From: Macrostomum hystrix
Taxonomy: Eukaryota; Animalia; Platyhelminthes
DNA length: 64,000 nt
Assembly: GCA_950097015.1 (NCBI GenBank)
Contig: CATNEN010000001.1
Location: 12,896,001-12,960,000, forward strand
Reading direction: 5' to 3'
Shown: in pieces, positions 11,091 through 22,500 of the stretch
Numbering within the stretch: the first letter of the stretch is position 1
Layout of the letters: every line of letters begins with the position of its first letter
The notes under the pieces: model-generated
The model's input: the letters and a program-made list of their open reading frames with translations, nothing else
Database searches by the model: none
What the model was told of the DNA's origin: nothing
Made by a program: the position numbers and the translations under genes

Positions 11091-13949
11091 ATGGGTATTC
11101 AAACGGCAGCCTCTCTGGTCCTGCTGCTCTCTGTGGCTGCTGCTTCTCAGGCTGCCTCAATCGCCAGCGACGAGTCTCTTGTTTTTAGAGACGCTCTGGA
11201 CACTGCTGAGCACCTCGACGAAATATATTCCGATGCTGATCCGGATGTAAGTTCCATCTACGGTACCCTCGTGTACTACTAACCTGATAGAAGTTATTTT
11301 CAACACCCACTTAGTTGTTACTTGTAGTAGTTACTCGCAGTTATTGATTATGAGCATCATAGCTGTCAGTGCTAGGACCACTGAGCTACTACTAGCTGTC
11401 AGTGCTCGGACCACTGAGCTACTACTAGCTGTCAGTGCTAGGACCACTGAGCTACTACTAGCTGTCAGTGCTAGGACCACTGAGCTACTACTAGCTGTCA
11501 GTGCTCGGACCACTGAGCTACTACTAGCTGTCAGTGCTAGGACCACTGAGCTACTACTAGCTGTCAGTGCTCGGACCACTGAGCTACTACTAGCTGACAG
11601 TGCTAGGACCACTGAGCTACTACTAGCTGACAGTGCTCGGACCACTGAGCTACTACTAGCTGACAGTGCTAGGACCACTGAGCTACTACTAGCTGTCAGT
11701 GCTCGGACCACTGAGCTACTACTAGCTGACAGTGCTCGGACCACTGAGCTACTACTAGCTGACAGTGCTCGGACCACTGAGCTACTACTAGCTGTCAGTG
11801 CTCGGACCACTGAGCTACTACTAGCTGTCAGTGCTCGGACCACTGAGCTACTACTAGCTGACAGTGCTAGGACCACTGAGCTACTACTAGCTGACAGTGC
11901 TCGGACCACTGAGCTACTACTAGCTGACAGTGCTAGGACCACTGAGCTACTACTAGCTGACAGTGCTAGGACCACTGAGCTACTACTAGCTGTCAGTGCT
12001 CGAACCACTAATAATAGAATTATTCGCCTCAATCACTCCAGGAGTTTGTCGAGCTACAGAAACACCGGCGTCGGCGATGGTCCCGCGGCGTCACTCGATT
12101 CGTTCGGCATGTGACCAGGCCCGTTCAAAATGTAGTTCGGCATGCGATGAAGCCGGTCAACAAAGTCGTCGGGCACGTCATGAAGCCGGTCAACAGAGTG
12201 ATGGGCCACGTCATGAAGCCGCTAAGCCCATTTTTGCAACCGCTTGATAGAGTTATGCGACCATTCAACAAGCTGCTGGGTCCAATAAATCGGCTGCTGG
12301 ACAGAACTTTGCAACAGCTGACTGGAAGCAAGGCATTCAGCGACCTTCTGAAAGTCGGTGGCACCGCCCTCATGTTCGTCAATCCAGCCTTTGCAGCTGT
12401 CAAGTTCTCCACATTCAGCACGGCGCTGGCCAAGCTCCCGGTGCTTGGGAAAGTAATCGGCCTCAAAGGCGCCATCGCCGCCAAGCTCAACACGCTACCG
12501 ATGGTGCAGAAGCTTGCGGCGATGAAAACTGCCGTAGTTAGTAAACTCAAAGCATTGCCCGCTGTGAAGAAAGTCACTTCCATTCACAACAGGATAAAGA
12601 GCATCGTTGACAGAAACCCGATTCTCAAAGACCTTGTGGAGCGGAACGGAGAGGGCATTCTCAACAGGATTCCTGGGCTTCGCGAACTCAGACAGGTAGA
12701 GTCCAGGATTCGGAGGACAATCGACTCGATTCCTCTTGTGAAGGACATCAAGGAAGTCGACGGCATGCTAAAAAGAGTGGTTGATAATATCCCCATTGTG
12801 AGGGAAGTCAATAGGCTTAGTGATGCACTCTCCAAGTCCTTGGAGCCACTGAAGAGTTTGGACGTGCTGAAGCGAGTTCCTGGACTGGGTCATCTTGCGA
12901 ATGCTGGCAATCTGCGGAGGCTGATGCAAGCCATGAATTCCCCGACTCTCAAATCCCTGCGGCAGCAGCTGCAGCGGCTCAACCTCCAGGACTTAATGCG
13001 CAACCTGAAGACGACCAGTCTGGACGGCGTGATGAGAAAGCTGAAAACATCGAACCTGCGACAGCTGGCCAGCTTGCTCCGGGTGAGGGATCTTGGAGTC
13101 CTGATGAGGCAAGCTGGAATTCATGGAATCAATGGTCTCATGAGGGAGCTGAAAGTCAAGGATCTGTCAGGCCTCATGAGAAGGTTTGGAACCAACAGTA
13201 TTGGGTATATCATGCGGCAGGCAGGTGTGAGGAATCTGCAAACCCTGATGAGCCAGACAGGTATAAAAAGCCTTCGAGGTCTGATGAGTCAGCTCAACTT
13301 ACGAGACGTTTCTGGACTGATGAGAGCCTTCCAAAGCCGGAACTTGCAGCACCTACTTAGGCAGGTTGGCGCGCGGAGCATCCGCAGCCTGATGAATGAA
13401 GTCGGAATTCGAGGAGTGTCTGACCTCATGAGGCAGCTGAAGGTCAGGAGCGTGGCCGCTCTAATGAGACAAGCTGGGTTCAGCAGTCTGCAGAGTTTGA
13501 TGAGAGGCTTGCAAATTGAGAAGCTTTCTGAACTGATGACTCAAACTGGAGCCCGAAGTCTTGGTCACCTCATGAAACAGACGGGTCTGCGAAGCGTGCG
13601 AGCTCTGATGCGCCAGGTTGGAGTTCGGGACATAGGCGGCCTGATGGAGCAGCTGGATGTGACCAGCCTGTCGGGCCTGATGAAGCAGTTCGGCAGCCGC
13701 AGTCTTGCACACCTGATGAGACAAGTCAGGGTCAGCAGTGTGAGCAGTCTGATGAGACAAGCAGGGATCAATAGCATAGGTGAGCTCATTGATCAGCTGC
13801 AACTACAGAGCCTTCCAGCTCTGATGAAAGCGTTCGGCAGTCGAGATCTTCAACACTTTCTGCGTCAGGTCGGGTTGAGCAACGCGTCTGAGCTGCGGGA
13901 TCAACTAGAGCCGCACCAGTTCGATGAGGCGCTTCTACTGGGTCAGTGA
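11091..13949 (+). CDS. Large secreted cationic amphipathic repeat protein C, 2 exons: join(11091..11246,12042..13949), 687 aa
   Basis: Signal peptide plus acidic propiece ending YSDADPD, donor |gtaagt, branch-like actaat (~12007), acceptor cactccag|; exon 2 starts EFVELQKHRRRRWSRG and is in frame with the 612-aa ORF at 12111. Confidence 0.85.
11360..12008. repeat. 33-bp intronic minisatellite (AGCTGTCAGTGCTAGGACCACTGAGCTACTACT)n, ~19-20 copies
   Basis: Tandem array inside the intron of gene C; each unit has a TCAGTG...CACTGA inverted pair. Confidence 0.97.
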
Positions 13950-13974
13950 CTGAAAACAGTTTCCGTGACTTTGC

Positions 13975-15035
13975 GATGAGATGATAGAGATGCGAATGGA
14001 ATGATTATTGTACACAACTCAATGAGATGATAGAGATGCGAATGGAATGATTATTATACACAGCTCAATGAGATGATAGAGATGCGAATGGAATGATTAT
14101 TGTACACAACTCAATGAGATGATAGAGATGCGAATGGAATGATTATTGTACACAGCTCAATGAGATGATAGAGATGCGAATGGAATGATTATTGTACACA
14201 ACTCAATGAGATGATAGAGATGCGAATGGAATGATTATTATACACAACTCAATGAGATGATAGAGATGCGAATGGAATGATTATTGTACACAACTCAATG
14301 AGATGATAGAGATGCGATTGGAATGATTATTGTACACAACTCAATGAGATGATAGAGATGCGATTGGAATGATTATTGTACACAACTCAATGAGATGATA
14401 GAGATGCGATTGGAATGATTATTGTACACAACTCAATGAGATGATAGAGATGCGATTGGAATGATTATTGTACACAACTCAATGAGATGATAGAGATGCG
14501 AATGGAATGATTATTGTACACAACTCAATGAGATGATAGAGATGCGATTGGAATGATTATTGTACACAACTCAATGAGATGATAGAGATGCGATTGGAAT
14601 GATTATTGTACACAACTCAATGAGATGATAGAGATGCGAATGGAATGATTATTGTACACAACTCAATGAGATGATAGAGATGCGATTGGAATGATTATTG
14701 TACACAACTCAATGAGATGATAGAGATGCGAATGGAATGATTATTGTACACAACTCAATGAGATGATAGAGATGCGATTGGAATGATTATTGTACACAAC
14801 TCAATGAGATGATAGAGATGCGATTGGAATGATTATTGTACACAACTCAATGAGATGATAGAGATGCGATTGGAATGATTATTGTACACAACTCAATGAG
14901 ATGATAGAGATGCGAATGGAATGATTATTGTACACAACTCAATGAGATGATAGAGATGCGAATGGAATGATTATTGTACACAACTCAATGAGATGATAGA
15001 GATGCGATTGGAATGATTATTGTACACAACTCAAT
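13975..15035. repeat. 46-bp minisatellite (GAGATGATAGAGATGCGAATGGAATGATTATTGTACACAACTCAAT)n, ~23 copies
   Basis: Period 46 (13978 to 14024); starts ~26 bp after the stop of gene C. Confidence 0.97.
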
Positions 15036-16274
15036 GCGCACAAGCGCACAATCAGTTTGTCCTTACACAAAGAACCGGATTCTCTTTCAGTACGTTTTTA
15101 CTTTACCAATTAATTGATTGTTTGAATATTCATTTCAATAGCAAACTCTAATAATCCAGTTTTTTCAACGTTAAAAATGTTTGTATTAGAAGCACATTTT
15201 TGTTATCGATGCCTTAAAATAAAAAGAAATATGTAATAAGAAGTTCTAACAATTAAATTCTAATCCTAATCTGTATATTATCCTATCGAAGAGAAGTCGA
15301 TAGTGCAGTCACGCATTGGCTAGTTCTCAGTCGAATGTAATTGGTCCTTGAATATTCTTTCAGGGTCAAAGCTCTGAGCATGTACGAGTATGAGCAAAAG
15401 CATATTGTAGGGTATAGCAAACTGATCAATATTACGAGTCCGTCGCTAAGTACGAGGCTCGTACATTTTCTGACGATCAAAGAAACAGCGCTATTTTGAG
15501 CTAGTCCTGAGCAACTTTGTGTTTGATATAATCTCGCAAGCAAATACTCGTATAAACATCAAAGGGCACATCTGTGACATCAGCTGATTGTGCTTCAATC
15601 AACCAAAATGAATTTATTCTACAAAAGCTTTGTGAATAGCCATATAAGATCGATTAAAAGAAATTAATGCAAATTGTCAAGCATATTCTGATGGTCGTCA
15701 GATACTACTTCATAGTACTAAACCGTGTGTCAGAATGTGCAGCACTTTAATTGCCATATGCCCTTTTTCCGAGTTAGTTGGTGATATTTTTTACCAAAAA
15801 GAACTGATTGGCTTATTAACCGACCGACCAATGACAAGTCTTCTCTCACTCTCTTGTCACACGCACACACACTCTTACACACCCTCTGCGCACGTTGTAC
15901 TTCTCTCCCTCCAGGACCGGAGCCTGTCCAGTCAGTTCGGCAGGATTAAACGGCGCACAGACCACAGCGACACGGCCGCGCAACGAACAAATAGGACCAA
16001 CGCGCAGCCGCTGGTCCGCCGACTGACAAAAATAGCTGCACGCGAACTTTCCCCTGCAGTACTACACATCAACACACACCCAGGCTAGATTCTCGACAAC
16101 CCGCCAGACATTTAATAGGCCCGACTGAATTCTGATTGGTTGTTTTGTAGAAAGTTTCGTTTATTTCGTCTAAATCTTCCAAGATCTGATTTTCAAATCT
16201 GCGCAGGTTGCCTTGAACCATGCCATGAAGCACTGGTCAGTTGCTACAACTCGACTTCACTTTAAGCTTCAACG

Positions 16275-16519
16275 ATGCTGAGCATTGTGTCCACCGCACC
16301 AGCTTCTGGCGGCACTGCGGCGCGAGTCAGCACCAGGACGACAAAGTCGGCAACACCGTCCAGCTCCGCCGTGTCTTCAAGCCACTCACTGCCATCCTCC
16401 ATCAACAGCAGCGTGTGCATCGCTGCCTCCGAGGACTCAGTTCGACTGTGGGTTAGCGAGCTGCGATGGTATGTCGAGTCGGACTGCTCGAATGTGCTGC
16501 ACAACAAGGCTATACCGAC

Positions 16520-16554
<35 letters not shown>

Positions 16555-19500
16555 GCTCCACAGCAAGACATCAGGCTTGTCTGGTAGTCTCGCCTAGAGG
16601 TAAGATGGCTAATAGATTAATCCAATCATTTTATTCTTACTTTTCCTTTTAACATGTTAGCATTGGTGCGAGTACTCATGATAAAAGTACACTTGACCGG
16701 ACTGTACACTGCTCGTACCCCTGTGAGAAGACTTCAAGATCGATTAAAAATGCAACTCAAACGCTCAACCGACAATGGCATAGCGAAGGCGACTCGCCGA
16801 ATGACATGGGGATTTTTCTGCCGACATTTTTTGAAATGGCAGCTAGAATCGATTTCCTGCTTGGGATCGCCTGGGATCAAGGAGGGGCATGCAAATTATT
16901 TTGTCCAGCGTTTTCTCTTCCCTAACTCCCCCTGATCCCCATGTCACTGGCCTCTCCGCAGTCATATGGCTTTTTGGGGAATCGAATTGAGAGAGCATTG
17001 CCTGGCTCCTCAGCCAATATTTGCTGCCTCTCTGTGTGCATAAATTTTGCCAGCTTGGCCGGCCCTCTAAAACTGTGCCGCCAGCACCTCAGAGGCTGCC
17101 GCTAACTCTTGAATGTGCCCAAATCTGGACTAGGGAGAAACAACAATCTTCTAATTGGATTTAGAAGTCCGATTATTTCTCTATTGGAATCTAGTTTTAT
17201 AGAAGACTATAGTGAACAACTCGAACTTGAAGTACCAACTGGAAAGAATTTGTCAACTGTCAATATATGATGTGTTTTGGTGTTGCTGCACTCATCGGCT
17301 TAAATTCTGATTAATATTCATATCTCAACTGGCTGTCCCGTTTTGTAAATTGGTCGCAAAAAAACCTACCCAAATCATACAAAATGTTGCTTAAATGTTA
17401 TAGCCTAGTGTTGATGATTGATGAAGTTACTGCTCGCCGTTGTTTTGAGTATGTCTAGTGTCTAGTTAGGTGTCTTGTGGAGAATCCCAGTGTCTTGTGG
17501 AAAATCCCAGTGTCTTGTGGAGAATTCCAGTGACTTGCGGAGAATCCCAGCGTCTTGTGGAGAATCCCAGTGTCTTGTGGAGAATCCCTGCGTCTTGTGG
17601 AGAATCCCAGTGTCTTGTGGAGAATCCCAGTGTCTTGCGGAGAATCCCTGCGTCTTGTTGAGAATCCCAGTGTCTTGTGGAGAATCCTCGTGTCTTGTGG
17701 AGAATCCCAGTGTCTTGTGGAGAATCCCAGTGTCTTGTGGAGAATCCCTGCGTCTTGTGGAGAATCCCAGTGTCTTGTGGAGAATCCTCGTCTCTTGTGG
17801 AGAATCCCAGTGTCTTGTGGAAAATCCCAGTGTCTTGTGGAGAATCCCAGTGTCTTGTGGAGAATCCCAGTGTCTTGTGGAGAATCCCAGTGTCCTGTGG
17901 AGAATCCCTGCGTCTTGTGGAGAATCCCAGTGTCCTGTGGAGAATCCCAGTGTCTTGTGGAGAATCCCAGTGTCTTGTGGAGAATCCCTGCGTCTTGTGG
18001 AGAATCCCAGTGTCTTGCGGAGAATCCCTGCGTCTTGTGGAGAATCCCAGTGTCTTGCGGAGAATCCCTGCGTATTGTGGAGAATCCCAGTGTCTTGTGG
18101 AGAATTCTAGTGACTTTTGGCGATTTTTAATGTCTGCGTAGAATCCTGATGTCTATGGATTATCCTTATGTCTGTGGAGAATCCTAATTTCGTGTGGGAA
18201 TCCCTGTCTTTCTGAGGAATACCGATTTCTTCTGGGGAATCCCAGCGTCTTGTGGAAAATCCCAGTGTCTCGTGGTGATCCAAATTTTTGTCGAGAATCC
18301 TGATGTCTGTCGAGAATCGCGATGTCTGTGGAGAATCCTGATGTCCTTGGGTGTCCTAATCTCTGTGGGTGTCCTAATGTTTTGTAGAAATCCCTGTCTT
18401 TTTGGGAAATCCCGATGTCTTTTGGGGAATTTCGAAACTTTAAGGGAATCCCAAAGTCTATTATAAAAAATCTATGTATTTGAAGGGTACCAGACAGTTT
18501 ACGTCATCACCTTACCGTATATTTTCTTAATCTCAACCCAACATTTTGTTGCAGTTTCCATCGAGATGTTAGAGTTGAGCGCTCGCAAAATGATGTCGGA
18601 ATTCAACACGATTTTCATGTGAGTTTAACAACTCATCCCATTGTCTCCAATCAGTATAGTACGTTGTACTTTGCTAAACTCAAACGCCTTTGCTGTACTG
18701 GCAGACCCCCTGGCCAGTGCAAGCAACTAGCAGGTTAATTTTTAATGAACTGTCAAATTTAACGCTTCATTAGCGGCGCAGTCGCATCACCATAAAGCCT
18801 CGGCTCTTTCGTCATCCAAATAGTCGCCCTGGAGCTTTCGATAGGGAGAATTTTTAGCAAAATAGCAGCAGTCTACTATACCTGTGCCTAATGAATTTTT
18901 TCAGTACCCCACATAATGTGCTGACTACCCACAGCTGTGACGCTTTTTCACCTTACCGGCCAGGGAAAAGTTTCTCTCATTTATTGGGGAAAATGGAGGG
19001 GGCCAGTGGCAGAGCGGTCTAACGCGTCTGCCTCTCGCATTAAGGTCCCTGAGCTCGATTCCACGGCGAGGCCACATTCATTTGGCGTTGAAGCCGCTGA
19101 GAGAAGGCTTGAGGGCCAACCTCCAAGGCACAGTGAGAGTGTACACTGCCTGACGTGTGAGCGTGTGCCGGCGTACGGTATCTCTTTACGTGTGTGCTCA
19201 GGAGTCAGCGAAATGGGAAGAATTGGTTCCTCGCTGGTTGGTTCCTCATCACCAAATGATGTGCCATTGCCCGCAAAGGCTTCCCTAGCATATAATGGTA
19301 GTTCCCGTTTTTTCCAGGAAGCCCCGCTACCCCGAAAGGGAAGTTCTTCCCCTCGATCCCTGACCAGCAGCACCGAGCTAGGCAGCATCCCTAACAGTCT
19401 GCCGCCAGCTCACTGAGAGAACTAATGCTCCATAGCTTTCTGCGAAGCAGCCAGAACCTCAGGGCCCAGGGTCCTATTAGACATCATTAATAATTTACTG

Positions 19501-22500
19501 ATCCCTAGGTACGAGGTCTTCAGCCGGTTCCTGGTGGGTGAGACCACATCACAGCTACCATTGGCTGGGGAATATTGTGGCTGACCTGTTTATGTAAGGT
19601 TTGAATGGATGGGAGATTTATCCCAAATATTACTCAATTATTTTTCAAGCACTTTAACCTGCTCGTCACAGTTTCCAGTGCATTTTAGAGACCGTTTTTA
19701 AGTTGCAAATTAATAAAATCTCGTAATTACTCAGCACTGATTGCTTTATATATTGCGAATGTACTAGTACGAGTATATTAACGAGAAGGACAAAAGGAGA
19801 AAATTGGTTTCACCACTTGTTGCACAAAAGAGAAAAACTCTTTAGTTTTTTATATGTTCCTAGTCTTTTTAGTTCAGTTTTTTGTACGACTGATTTCGAG
19901 TTTCGACTGAGGTCGAGTTTAAGAGGTAGACTTTGAGAGGTTGACTTTGAGGTAGACTTTGAGAGAGGTAGACTTTGAGAGGTAGACTTTGAGAGAGGTA
20001 GACTTTGAGAGAGGTAGACTTTGAGAGATGTAGACTTTGAGAGGTAGACTTTGAGAGGTAAACTTTGAGAGAGGTAGACTTTGAGAGGTAGACTTTGAGA
20101 GGTAGACTTTGAGAGGTAGACTTTGAGAGGTAGACTTTGAGAGGTAGACTTTGAGAGAGGTAGACTTTGAGAGAGGTAGACTTTGAGAGATGTAGACTTT
20201 GAGAGATGTAGACTTTGAGAGAGGTAAACTTTGAGAGAGGTAGACTTTGAGAGATGTAGACTTTGAGAGGTAGACTTTGAGAGGTAGACTTTGAGAGGTA
20301 GACTTTGATAGATAGACTTTGATAGATAGACTTTGAGATGTAGACTTTGCTGATATCTTAAAGGGCGCGGAGATAGCAATAATTATAGTAGACAGTAAAC
20401 AATGAGACATGCTGGGCTATGAAAACTGTTTGACTTTTTTTAACAAAGGAAGCCGCGCTTGACGCGGAGCGAAAGGAATTTTAACTGAACTGAAATTTTA
20501 CAAAGCAGTTGAAAGAAAGCCAGCCCACTGGAAACTGGCGACCAAAGTAAGACTTATTTCTCTGCGGATTTTCTTCACCAGATCCGCCATTCAGTTGCAC
20601 CCCCGTAGCAGTTCTTCGCTTCAAGTACATCCGCATTTCCTGGCCTCCCAAAGTCAGCAAATTTGCTCAGGTCTGCCCCTCTCCCCGAAGTGGGGTGTCT
20701 TTTGCGGTGTCTGCAACACAAGCCACCACAGTGTGATGGCCAAAATACATATTTTATTCCACAATTGCATTTAATCTTTATGAGAAAACTATGGCAGGCT
20801 TTTGTCTAACCCTTCTCTCAACCTTCATCTCAGCTTTGCCAGTTTGTAGCAAGCTATCAGAATCTTGTCACGTCAAGCTTCGACAAAGTGCTACAAATCT
20901 GATACTCCAGCCCATGTGTTTCTGCCCATCTGTCTAGTCCGCGGTGAATATTGCATTCCAAACACGAAACACGATGCGCGCGTGTGTGTACACAGCCTGT
21001 CACGCATTTAGCGAGGGAGAATGTGGAATCCGCAGAGTTTAAACCGGCTATGTTGGGACTAGTACCTTCCTGAACGTCCCAAATCCGTGCCTGCCTACTT
21101 GCTTGTGTGTGTGTTCCCGCACGAAACACTCTGCGTCTGGCTGGACTCTCTACTTTAATTTCAATTTCATTCTAAGTACTATTTAATAGTACACATTTAT
21201 AACAAAATCTAGGCTACAATGTGTCACAAAACCTCAAACGATGGTGTTCCAATCTTGCAGAGGGGGATGGCCTGAGAGTTCCGGGGTGAGTGGCAGAGCG
21301 GTCCAACGCAATTACCACTCGCACCAAGGTTCCCGAGCTCGATTCCGGGACGAGGTCACATTCATTTTGTGCGATTCACGCGCCAATCTCCAAGTTACAG
21401 CCAGATTGCACACTGACAATGAGAAAGTCAGGACAGATGTACACACCTGTGTGAGTGTGTGTACTCAAGAGTCAGCGAAATGGGTATAATTGCCTCCTCG
21501 CTGGCTGAGGATCTAGTGTCGCCCATTGCACCCGCAGCCTCCCGCAATTATTACAGAGAAACTCAATGCAACAAATTGTCGTAGCTAGTTTTTCAGCAAA
21601 GTGGCCAATGCAACAGGTCGGTCTATTTTCATCTGGAAAGGTGATAATGGCTTAATTAAGCGTAGATGACGTGAATCGCGAAATTTCAAGCTAATGTTCC
21701 ATTTAATAACGTAAAAACGAATTTGTTCTAAAATGCGAACAAGAGAAACGTAACGCGGGCATTGAGCAATCGGTCGCTTTTTCTAACAGAGTTCAAGATC
21801 GTCAGACTTCCTCGAATCAATCACCTGGCCCACTTGCTGCCATGTGCTGCTCAAATGGTTCCAACAAGCGGCTCTGCACGCCAGACTCGATTTAATCCAC
21901 GATTGGAGAACCTCTTTGGGCAATCACCTTCTCAAGACGACCACGAAATGCTTTGCAGCATCTCGCCAGATATTGTGACAACTTGGGGTGACAGAAATCC
22001 GCGGATTGAGTCCATTTTGCATATCAGGGTTAAAATTCCAGGCAGAAGTTGGGCCATAGACATACGAGCGTATTATAAAAATGATGCTTTAAATTGCCGG
22101 AGTATGTCAAACTCTCGGAAAGCAAAGCCAACCAGATTCTGTCCGGATACTTTTTGCGCACCCGGTATCATCAGCGTTCCAAATGTGTATCTTTCTTCCT
22201 CTTTGCACTTTAACTGTGCGATGTGCTAGACTACGTTGGGCAAGTCTGGGATTAAACTAGACAGGAAGAAATGGAAGATGAGATAAGAAGGTTGGCATAG
22301 TTTAGCAAATCCCGAGCCTGGCTTTGGGAAGAAATCTTGGTTCTGGTGAAGCCCAGTTTGACCAGTGCCCCTGTCAGGCGTCTGTAAGCCTGATGTGGGA
22401 ACATCTTGGGAGTGTCCTCTTCTCGCTCCCTCCCAAGCCTTGAACTAATATTTACTTTTCCTTGCCACTTTCTAGGAAACTTTCTTCCCCCCAGCCGTAG

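Noticed and set aside
11247-12041. Retention of the 795-nt (3n) intron adding a repeat domain to gene C
   Set aside because: In-frame TAA at 11280-11282
12924-13949. Resemblance of the 12-aa unit to the LuxR-type HTH tail (MxKLGVxSxxEL)
   Set aside because: Only a short helix-turn pattern; no recognition helix, and the protein has a signal peptide, so probably convergent
13975-15035. CRISPR-like regular array
   Set aside because: Units are contiguous with no unique spacers; eukaryotic context and no cas genes
18704-18733. Extra mini-exon in insc (cag|acccc...cag|gttaat)
   Set aside because: Not needed: direct splicing 18618 to 23135 already gives an Insc-like sequence, and its donor is weak
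20866-21228. Possible solo LTR (TGT...ACA, 363 bp)
   Set aside because: No exact TSD and no second copy in the window
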